A stretch of 64,000 nucleotides of DNA from a virus, in the IMG/VR virus record IMGVR_UViG_3300008110_000034, positions 32,001-96,000 of that record, one strand, 5' to 3'. Numbering within the stretch: position 1 is the stretch's first letter; each line of letters starts with the position of its first letter. The notes below the pieces were generated by a model that was not told where the DNA came from, searched no databases, and was given only the letters and a program-made list of their open reading frames with translations. Both the position numbers and the translations under genes were made by a program. Positions 46,722-58,700 of the stretch are shown here, piece after piece.

Positions 46722-49700
46722 TTATGGTGTTTTATTAGGCCATGCTCCTTCGTATCTTTTTAAAAATTTTGCTATTGGAGTATTAGAGAACGATAAGGAT
46801 TTCCCTGGCTCATTCCAAATCTTCCCTTGTCGTTTAACTATACTAATCTTAGTTCCAATACTTGGAATTTCGCTTAACAATACACCCTTTGTAGTGCCAT
46901 CGACTGCAAAATCTGCATCAAATTCAACATCTGCTCCAGGACTTTCGGGTCCGTTATCTAAGCAGTGTACTTCATAAGGATGTTTCTTTAATCTTCTGTT
47001 TCCAGTAAAGAATTTCCACTTATCTGAATCATTAAAAAAGCTATCAGAGCTTATATGATCGCTTGTACATCTATAGTTATAGCTACCATAAATTACAATA
47101 TCTCCTAAATTGTAACTTGTATCTGATGTCCAATCTCCCATTACTAGCCAACCCCCGACAAACACTTCAACATCATCGCACTGTCCAAACTGTGTTGGGG
47201 TTGATGATCGGCGCCATCCAGTATATAAAGTACTTCCGTCGGCTACGGTTCCTGATGTTAATGCTGGAGTAAACTCTAACGGTACTAATTTAGTGCTACC
47301 GTCGCTATAATGATTTTCTATAATTAACTCATCATTATAAGGAATAGTTTCTGAAAAACTAATATCTTGTACAAGCATACCAAAACTATGTAATGTAGGT
47401 ACACCTGTACCTAAAGTTCCTCTTCTTAACTGACCTAGAATATTTCCATTTTTATAAAGATATTCTATACGTTCTCCGTTAATTTCAATAATTCCTGGAA
47501 TATTTTTTAAACTTAATGGATCTGCTAACACACTTCCATTAGTAACTTCAATTTCTGAATCATAATAATTTAATTCTCTTGCTAAGGAAGTTTGCTTGTC
47601 AGAGCGTAATCTCTTATAATGCACCCTATTTAAAATATCTTTAAATTGCATGTAACTAATTGCTTGCTCAGTTACTTGATCATTGAATACTATAATCTCA
47701 ACTATATCGCTAGATATTAGATCTTCAGACAGCATTATTGATTGTTTTAAAGGATGTAAAGAATAATCTACACTATGAGTTAATAATTTTCTATTCTTAG
47801 TTACCCATACATAATCGTCTGAAGACACTGGTGCCTTTAAAGAAAACATACCGGCAGTATTTTTCTTAAATTCATAATAGTCTGCAGACATTGGAACTAT
47901 TGTACCTTGGGATTCTAATTTGTTATTTGTTCTTTCTACATTAAGGATATCATGATTGTAGTATGTAATAACTTCAACCTCAGTACCTGTTGGATATGAC
48001 TCTGTAAGTATTAAGTTAGTTACGCCACCACTGTCAATTTCAATTCTGTAATCAGCATCAGTTAAAATTGCAATAGATAGCACTGTTCCTTCGACATACG
48101 AAGAACTTAACAATGTAACCGATATTCCTGCACCATTAAAAGTATAATCAATCACAGGAGATAGCAGCTTACCATCAACATACACTGATAAATTAGAGAC
48201 AGTTAATGTACTTGGAGTTAACTGATATTGAGGAATATTGTAAGTTAACTGACCTCCACTTAATGTAAAATAAAATGTTCTAGGAGATCTTAAAACTTCT
48301 TGTCCTACTCTTACAATTGAATTTCTTCCAAACGGTAATTTTTTACCTATAGGAATAGTAAGAGTATAACTAAACACTTCTTCTTCTGCTTCAAAAGATT
48401 CAGATCGAATAATTGACATCTTATCAAGTACTGGTGTTCCTTCGATAATAGGAGTAATTGCATAGGTAATCACAGAATCTAATTCAGGCGGTGCTGCAAA
48501 TTTTATTCCTAATTTACCTATACTAGATTCTCCATATGATTCATCAGTTTCAAATAAAACATAGTCTATTGCTTCGCCGTTAACTAGAACGAATCCTTCA
48601 AAATTACTTGACCAAGATGCTCTAGTTATGAATTCTGTCGAAACACCGTCAGCTATAAAATAATCTAAATCAACTACATTAGATGAATTTAATCCAAAAG
48701 ATGTAATGTTAACTATCTGTGTATTAGACGCTGCTGCTGTTAACTTAACTTCATTTAGTTTCCAATCGTACTGATAATCAACACCTCTGGTTAAAATTTG
48801 ATCGTCCAATTTTACAATTAATACAGCATTTCCATTTGGAATCTGATCAAGGGTAAAACTAGATGTTGAATTGTCTCCTTTGTAATTTTTAGAGATAATT
48901 TTTGCAGACCCGCTTGTTGGTCTATTATAAACTTTAATTGCTACAGTGTCAGAAATATGTCCTGGTACAACTTCTTCGGGTGCCGAACTTGACGTTGGTG
49001 TAACGAATCCGTCACCGTCAATAATAATATCATCTGCATTTAACCCTGTAGCAGATGAATAATCAATTGGTCCTCCGTCAAGACGTATGTCATAGTTAGT
49101 TTCTAAAGGTTTATAGCTGCCATCGCTTGTTGATCGTCTTACAATAACAATATCATTGCTGTTAATTGTAATTTTATCTTCGGGGATCACCACTGTTTGA
49201 TTTACTCCGTCTCCTACAAATGTAGCCATTACTGCATCAGGGTATCCAGGAATAGGAACACCTTCATAATCATAGTTGTCGATTCTAACAGGCGGCAAAT
49301 AACCGTTCACAGACCTTAGGTCCTCAGGATCGTACCTACTAATATAAACGTTAATTTCTTCATTTAATGCAGGAACATAATCTAAAACTACTTCATAATT
49401 CGCACCGGTATAGACATAATCATCAAAAGAATCATCAAATGTGTCCCACGGAATTGTCATCCAAGGTAAGTTATCCCAGCCGTATTGTATATTGAAATCA
49501 AGACCAACTATGTTTACGCCACCGTAGTCAACGCCTGTCATTAATTGACTTAGTTGCTTACCTAATTGAGCAGTCTGAGGATCGTAATAAAAATTAATTC
49601 TATCCGCAGCATTAAGATGTATAGATGATTTATTATATCTAATAACTACAGTTGCACCTTTTGTTGGCGGAGTTTCAAAAATTACAGATCCGTAGTACTG

Positions 49701-52700
49701 TGTAAATCCATTTATTTGTGTATTCTTAACAACTAATCTATAATCATCTCTTAATATTTCAACATTATTAATTGTAATTAAAGTTTTCCCAACCTCAGTA
49801 TTTGGTGCCCATTTTAGATCAAATTGTAATCTCTTTCCTGTTACTTGAATGTCGCCAGAGAATGTTTCTGTTTCAAGAATACTAGTTACTGCATATGTTC
49901 TAGTTGTTCTATCAAATCTCATTTTAATCATAGAACTTCTAACGACACCATTTTCAATAATTGCTACAGCTCTAGCATAATTGTCTGATAAGGCTGTTCC
50001 TCCAGAAAGAGTTACAATTGGTGCTTTAAGGAATCTAGTTCCGGAATTTATTATTCGAATTTTAGACACCTGTCCGTTTGAAATAAATGCTTTTGCTGAT
50101 GCTTTTACTCCATAACTATCTTCTATAATAACGGTTGGGGCTGTTATATATCCAGAACCTCCATCTACGATTTCAATCGAACTTAGTGTAAATCCAACAT
50201 TATCATACCAATGTTTCCACGGATATTCCGATAATACACTAGTACCACTAATCTCTGTTACAGGAGGAACCGCATTTACGGTCTCAGAAACCCTAACATT
50301 TACTGGAATAATTGTATCCTGATTACTAATAGTAGATTGTAAATCAAAGTCTGTTAGACTTAACGGAGTATTTTGAACTGTATTATATGTACTGATAAAT
50401 TCTCTAATTTTAGTTCTATAAGGTTTAACTTCATTAATATAATCTTCAAAATTATCTAAGTTATCATTATTGTAGGTAACTTTTTGTTTTAAACTACCTA
50501 CATTATGTTTTGCCTTTACAAAACTAGTTTTAAATACCCAATCAACTAATGTTTGCTCCGATAGTACATATCTAATACTTGAGAAGAACAGTTTTAAATA
50601 TTCAACTCTTAATGTATCGACAAAAATTTTATCTTTAAAAGAATTTAAAATTACTCTTAATTCGACTGAGGCAAATTCATCGTACCCGTCAGAATCAAAT
50701 AAACTTCCATCGTAGCCAACACCACCTTCTTTATATTTGTAAAGATTATCTTTAAATTGTATAGTTCCTTGATAACGACCAACGACACTATAACTTTGAG
50801 TATAATCAACACTTGTACTATCTGCATATTTTTCAAGGATTATCCAGCCGCCTGATCCTATATTGTTAACTTTAACTGTGTCTCCAATTTTGGTTTTAAG
50901 TAATGGTAGCTGATAAGTACCGTCTACTGCATAATCTACTTTAGTAAATTGGTTGTAACCTGTAGCATAATAATCAATATAATCCCAATATTGAGTTACA
51001 TCGTATGTTTGAGTTTTTGCTCTAAACCAGGAAACATTATCCCACTGATAAATGCTCCATCGATTAAGAGCAGCAGAATCACTATTAACAAGTACGCTAT
51101 AATATCTTACTGTTAATCGTGTACCATCTGAATATCCTTGTCCAGGATTATTAATTAAAACTTCAGTAATTTGGCCTTTTGAGTTTATTACTGGTAGTAT
51201 ATCTGCATTTTTTCCTGATCCGTATATTTTAATAGACGGTGCAGTTGTATATCCATATCCAGAATTACTAATAACTACTTCAGTAATTCGTCCATCAGTA
51301 ATAACAGGAGTTAATATTGCCTGGCGGAGACTATCAGTATTAATAAATCTTAATTCTAATTCTGTATCGATAACTCTATCGTAAAGTCTAGAAACAGACG
51401 AGGGCTTTGGTTCAGTCATTAACAAATCGCTCAAGTCATAATCATCTGCTATTAGATTTTTAGCTAGTACAGAATTTGCACGTTCAAATAGTTGTTTTAA
51501 TGCTTCTAATCTATTAACAAACATACTCTGTCTTGGCCTAGATTCAATACCATATCGTAATTTAATAGGTAAATTTAAATCCGGTAGAGGTCTATCATTA
51601 GCATCCTTGCCTACTAAACTGTAAAACCATTTTTCTTCAATCTCTTTAGGAATAGATGTATTCTCGTTTTCAGAAATAATTTTCCACTGATAATGTGAAT
51701 TGTTATCTGTCTTATCAATTATCCAATACTGGAAATTTAGATTTACATCATTATTCTCAAGTAATGATTTAAAATTATAAAGATTTATACTGTTCTTTGA
51801 TAAGAAAGAAACAAACTGATATCCCTGAGCTTTTGGATCTGAAATTAAATTTGCAACATCAGTAGCACTGATATTTCTTCCTGCTACTGATGGCACTGTA
51901 ACTTTGTTTTTAACCCAAAAATAGTAAGTGTTCTTAAATGTTTTTGAAATACTATCGTATCGTTTCTTAATACTGTAGGCATTATCGCCGTATAAACTTT
52001 GACCGCTTATTCCTTGACTTAAACCGGATTCAGTATCTGCAATATCGTCCCATGCAGATGGTAAAATCTTTGATTCTACCCATTCGTAGATATCAATACT
52101 TGCATTTTTATGCAAGGTATTCCATGTGCTTGATCTGTATATTAGGTCTTCAACATAGCTGTCTAAAAATTTTGCGTTGGTTAAGTCCCACCATAATACG
52201 CCAACCTGTTCCGACGTCCAGTCTAAACCTTCATCTACGTTTAAGTCGTTATTACTATAAGAATAGATCGCAGGATCAAAATAGGTTTTAAATTTAATTT
52301 CTTGATCAGCAGGTCCGGCAATCTTTCCTTGCACAGGATCTATTACGTCTAGGTAATTTAATAATGTATTTGTTCTTGAATTATAAACGAATAATTTTTT
52401 AATTTTTTCAACGTCTACTACTGCAGACTCTTGATAAAGTTTTTTCCAACTGTATTGAGTTTTTAGTTTTTTAAATGAATATACAATTCCTGTATTTTCA
52501 ACGTAGCTATCGTCATACTCTGGTGCCGAAACTAGTATAGTACTATCGGCTACCGCAATACTTTCTCCGTATTTTAGTAAGGAAGAATCATTAAACGTTA
52601 AACTTTCTCCATATATGAAGTTAGTATAATACTTGTCAAATATATCTATTCTTCCGTTATCTAGAATAACAGTGCTGCCGTCTTGGAAGGTGTCGCCTTT

Positions 52701-55700
52701 CTTACTAAACACTAATAGTGTTTTATCATCATTCATGAATTCAATAGTTGACCCAAATCTTTCGTCAATCTCATCACTGATACTACGAATAGTTTGAGCT
52801 TTTTCATAGGTTTCGCTAGTTAAATCATAGACAAATATTTTTCCGTTGTTGGAAGCGCCTACTATGTCTGTAATTCCAATGGCTAGAGAATCTCCAGTAC
52901 TGCTTAATGCTACACTGGCACCAAATCTTGTGTTTGCTTCAAGATCGCCTGTTGCCGGTTCTAATACTGGTAAAATAAGATCGTAGCTATTGCCATTATA
53001 CTGATATACAAATACCTTGTCTGCATTAGGGGCTGATATCGCTAAACGATCCCCTGAGGAAGAAAAATCAAAATCATAAGCAAACTTATCAGAAGCAGGG
53101 CTAGTGTCCTCAATGTTTAATACATCGTTGGGGAAATATCCTAATATATTTTTATCAGTTACTACTGTCCATTGATCAATATCAAATGCACCGGCAGATA
53201 AATCCTCAATTGCTTCATATATACTTTGATTATAAAATACTAAATCTCCCTGGTAATACTCAATTAAACTGCTAAAGGCGCCACGATACCTTCTATCATA
53301 ATCCATGTGCCACTCAATGCCGCTATCGTCACTTACGTTAGAGTATCTATACAGATATAATTTTCCAGATAGAGGACTTGTTATACCAAGAATATACTCT
53401 CCATTAGACTGAGAGAACTTCATCTTTGTACCAAATTCTTCGTTGTTTAATACAGGATGAGGGCTAGTAAATGATGTTACTACTCTGTATGTTCCATCAG
53501 CAATTCTTTTGTATAAAACAACCAATCCTTGACCAACATAGCCAGAAGGTGTTCCTGATTTAGTTGCTTCGATTAATCTTGCGGGAGTCCAGTCTTGAGC
53601 AAATTGATCAATAGTTGATGTTTCAGCATCTAATAAGTTAGTTGCAGCTTGCCAATGAACATTTCCAACTCGAACAATGTCGTTTTCATTATAATTTGCT
53701 GTTGAATTATAATTGCCGCGGTAAGTTGTTTTAATGTTAGAAGCACGAGGAGCAGCAATAGCTAACCACTCTGCATCTTCTGACATTGCCAATTTAGTTC
53801 CAAAGCCGCTATTTGTAAAATCTGCTATAGGACCTAAGGCTGACACAGTAAGTTCTTGTAGTCTTCCCCAAGTTCCATTGAATACATTGTATATTAATAC
53901 TTTATTTTGTTCTGTTCCTACAGCCAAAGTAGTTCCAAGCTTGTTTGTAGCTAGGGCAATACCAAATTTTTCTTCGGTTCTTGGCTCATCATTTTTTAAT
54001 TCTACTTTAGCATATACTGGAGAATTTTTCCAAACTGCCCAGTTGTTAGACTGTTCATTTGAATCTGCCCATATCAGTTCTCCGGCTTTAATATTTGTAG
54101 ATAAAATTTCATTAGCTAAATCAATACTTTCAAGTCTCTGACTAACAAAAATCAATTCTCTAGTTGCGCCTGATAATCCTTGAAAGTTTGGAATTTCTTT
54201 TTCTACAACTATAGTATCGTCTATTAGATCAGACACTGTATAAAATCCGTCAGCGTCGCCTGACGATTGTAATCCAAATACATCCCCAATAGATAAATTA
54301 GGAGTTATATCACATTCAAATGTTAAGATTCCGTTGTCATATGTTGCACCTATAATAGTAAATGGTGCTCGAGTAATTCTATAAACATTCCAATAATCGC
54401 CGCCTGCATTTAATGTTTCAAAGGCGCACCAAATGTAATCTCCTATTGAAAATTCATTTGGATTTTGATCTAAAAGGTCAAGTAAAGAATCAACACTAAG
54501 TGTTACGTCGTCGTATCTTACATACCCTGGAGTTCTTAAAAATCTTGTTTTATGAGATCTTATTGGCCAAGGATTACTAGAATAATTAACTGTTCTAACA
54601 ACAAGGTCTGTTGGCACTTGTCTGTAAACAGAGTCAACAATATTAGAATCAATAGAATTAACAAATTCAATTGGCTGTGGATTAATTTTAAAATTATCTT
54701 CTTTTAGTTTAATTTCAATTTCATCAAACGCTGCACTTGCACCGTATTCTCCTACTCTAACAGCCCATTCTTCATCAAACACAAGACTATCTTGGTCGTT
54801 TGCACTTAAAACGTCAAACAGTTTGTTTAAAACATTCTTTGTGCCCTTCTCAATAATCATACCTTGATAAAACTTATACTGACTTACGTCGTCTCGAATA
54901 ATATTTTCAAGGTACTGTCTATTTTGATATCCAATTAAATGTTGCGCTACTTTTTGTTGGCCTGCATCAAAATTATCTGTGTCTAAATCATAGAAATCAG
55001 TAAACTGTTCTGCTTTATAATCCCAGTTAGGAATTAACCTAGGTGTAGGTTTTTCTAATAGTAGCTTCCACTCATTACTATTAAACAGTTCTACTCCGGG
55101 AATAAATTTGTTTGCACTATAATAAAATTCTTTAAACTTTACAATTGTTCCTAACGAGTAATCTGTCCAAGGCTCCCAATCTTTAATTACTGCTTCATCA
55201 TAGATAAATCCTGGAATACTAAATCCGCCTGTCCAGCTTTGAGTAAGGTAGCCGTTTATTTTAATTCTTTCTTGACGATACCCTGGTTCTAAATCATAGA
55301 TAACATCATTAAACATTGTTCTATTATCTATAACAACTACATGTTCTTTTTGTATTAGATAAAAAGTAGCTGAATAAATTCCGTGGCTAGTGTTTGCAGG
55401 ACTTACTGAATAATTGTTATCTGTTCTATAAATGCTTGTTAGATCAGGATCTAATTTTTGCCCGTCAACTCTTAAAATGTTATATCCGTAAAAACTATCT
55501 TTAATATCATTAACTACTGAAAACTCAGTATTAAGAGTAATTTTTTCTGCTGCAGGACTTAGAGAGATAACTGCTCCAGTTTTCCATTTCTGAGTAGCCC
55601 AGAACATAAATTCTTTTAAGCTGGTGTTCCAATTAGAAATACTTTCAGTGTTAGTATTAAAGTCGTCAAATACAAATCCTTGGTCTTCTAAATAGATACC

Positions 55701-58700
55701 GTATCCTTCTAAAAAACTTACCACTTCTTGTATTGTACTAAGTGTAGTTCCGTAACTTAATTTTAATACTTTACGTTTTTCCCAAACTTTACCAAGAGTG
55801 GCAACTACTCCGCCTGTTTCTGGGAGACTTGGTAATAAGACATAAAGATCTTTATCAAAAGTATCTCCGCTTATGTGATTAGTTTTTACTCTATAATATC
55901 TTCCGTTGTATCTAATTACTTTTCCAGCTACATAAGTTTGGTTAGTATCAAAATCTGTAAATGATTCGCTTATTCCGCCAATTCTAATAGTAGGACCGTC
56001 TTGTAATTTAGAATAGTAACTAAAATACGGTTCGTCTTGATTATACCCTGCAATATTAAATCCGTCAGACACTTTAACAATAATAACTCCACTATAAGAA
56101 ATTTTTCTAATTGGAGAGCTAGTGTTAAGAACAATGTTATAATTCTCCTGCGGAACAAATACATTATTTTTAGAAGTTGGAGATTTAGAATCAAGAATTA
56201 ATCTAAATTTTTCCTTACTGGTAAATCCGCCAAGTTTGCTGACTATTCTATTTGTTAAAGACGACAAGTCACTCTTATAACTAGAAATATTATAATTGTT
56301 GATAGTAAAAATATGATCAGAGATATAATTTATTAATCCGCTGGAATATTCTCGAGTAGCATCATTAACATTCGAAGGTAAAATTATATCCTGAAGTCTT
56401 ATACGAAGATTGGTGTCTTTGTATACTAACTGATTGGCTTTATTTTTTACAATTCTACTTCTATCAAAGCAAGTTCCTAATGTTTTGTTAGGAGATAAGG
56501 TTAAGAAGGCTAGAAGCGCAGCAAACGGATAAAGACTTGATCTTCTCCATGCTGTCTCAACTGGACCTTGATCTCCAAATTCTAAATATCCGGCTGGGCT
56601 TGGATTTATTACGCCAGTGACCATTCCGGTTTCGTACGGACTTATTAATCTTCCTTGATGGTCAACAGGAATCATATCTATCAGTCCTGGCCGCTTGTAG
56701 TGCAACTTTCTAGTTACTGGTTTTCCTGGCTCTCGAACTGCACCGTCATTTAAATCTTGCCAAAGAATTCTATTATTAGCAGTGTATGGCGCTGGTCCAT
56801 ATACTGATTCCCACCATACAGGTTTAATAGTAAATCCTAAAACCTCCCAAGGATGTGAATGCGGTCTGTCTGTATCAAGGAGCCATTTATAAATTGCTCT
56901 CCAGTGTGCTGGCACGGGTCTTCCGTCAGGTGCAATGTTTCCTCTATAATTGAAAGTAAAGCCGTTAGTTCTGTCATACGTTGGTAATCTAGTGTAATCT
57001 TGATCTATTTGGCTTGACCAGTAATAAAAATATTTTGATAGGACTTGATTGTATTCATCTAAATCATAGTCTGTATTTCTAAAGTAACCTGGGATAGTAT
57101 CTTCAATGTTAAAAATTTCTGGATTGTAAGAGATTTTTATATTATTATAAATTCTTTTTTCTAACTCTAGAAGCAATTCATCTCTATAATCACCAAATGC
57201 AATAGTAATACTTCCGTCGTGTCCTTGTATAACATCTGTAGGTTCAATATAAGTTGTATCTTGAAAAATTTCAGGAACAAACTTTGGCCAGATGCCTAAT
57301 TTTGTTGGTGTAGGAGGTACGAAAGTTCCGTCAGTTGACTCGTACTCATATACTTCAATCAAGTCATCCTCGTTGATGTCTAAGATGATTTCTAAATATC
57401 CTGAAGAAGTAAAGGTATAATTCAATCCGTAAAGTAGTTGTTCACCATTTAGATAAACTAAAACTGACTTATTTGATAATGCTGACATATCAAATACATC
57501 AGAAATTGGGTACATCTTTACACGAGAATCCAACACAGGATATTCAGTTTTTTTACTTGGTCCATAGGCAAACATATCGCTTAGATAATAAGGATTTGTT
57601 TTAGGAGTCTGTTGATTTATTTGATATAAAATCTCATCAACATGGTCCCTAATATTGCTGCCAGAACCTGATTCTTCGGCTAGTCTTAAAAATAATCTTT
57701 TGAATGTTGCATACGTTTCTTTAGCGTCTTCAACAGATTTTAGAACATTAGCAGTTTTTGAACCAAGATGATAAAGGCTAAAATTTAACGGACATGTGTG
57801 CTGAACGAACCGTGTACCGTACGAGGATGTGTCTCCTAAGTCTCTAAGATTACCTTGTCCAATATAATTTCCTACAAATCCTGGAATATTTTCAGAGATT
57901 GAAGATACATGATCAATAACTTCGCCTAAAGTAAAGTATTGTAAATTATTGTTTAAAGGATTATTTTGTAAACTTAAAGGTATTTCGTAATATCCTTTTT
58001 TATTCTTAGCTTGTTTTGCAAAGCATTTTAAGGTTATTACATCTGAATCTGTAATTGTTATTCTACTGTTTTGATTAAGCGATACGTATTTGTAGTTTAT
58101 TCCTGTTTCTACAGTAAACGCAGTCTTTGGAATTCTTTTACCGTTAATTAAAACTCTAACTTCAAGATCTAATAAATCGTTTGCATTATCGTATACGTCA
58201 ATAGGAAAGTTATTCTTATATTCTGTACCTTCGTAAATTCTAATAATAGGTTGAGCATTAGTAATTAAATTCTTACACCATCCATTAGAATATTCTTCAA
58301 GATTATATCCGTGAATAATTTTTAAAAATCCAGTATCTGTATTTTTTGATAGTGTAACAAAGTTTTCTTTATATTGAAAATAATCTGTTAATAGATTAAA
58401 TTCAAATAATATGTCTCCTACATTTGCTATATTTTGATAAGATAACCCGAACCCTAATTCAGAGTCGGCACTAAGTGAAGAAGTTTTATATGAAAAAATC
58501 TTATTTCCTGCAAAACTTGATCCGTCGTAAACAGAAATGTCTGCAAAGCTATTTCCATCCTCGTCAAATAAATCAAATAAAGGAGACTGATTTACTGTTA
58601 TTTTTTGCTGGCCTTTGTTCCAAATGGATCCATTATAATAATACATTGATCCTTGATTTTCTTGGCCGAACTTTACAAGAACTGTTTCTCCGTTAATAGG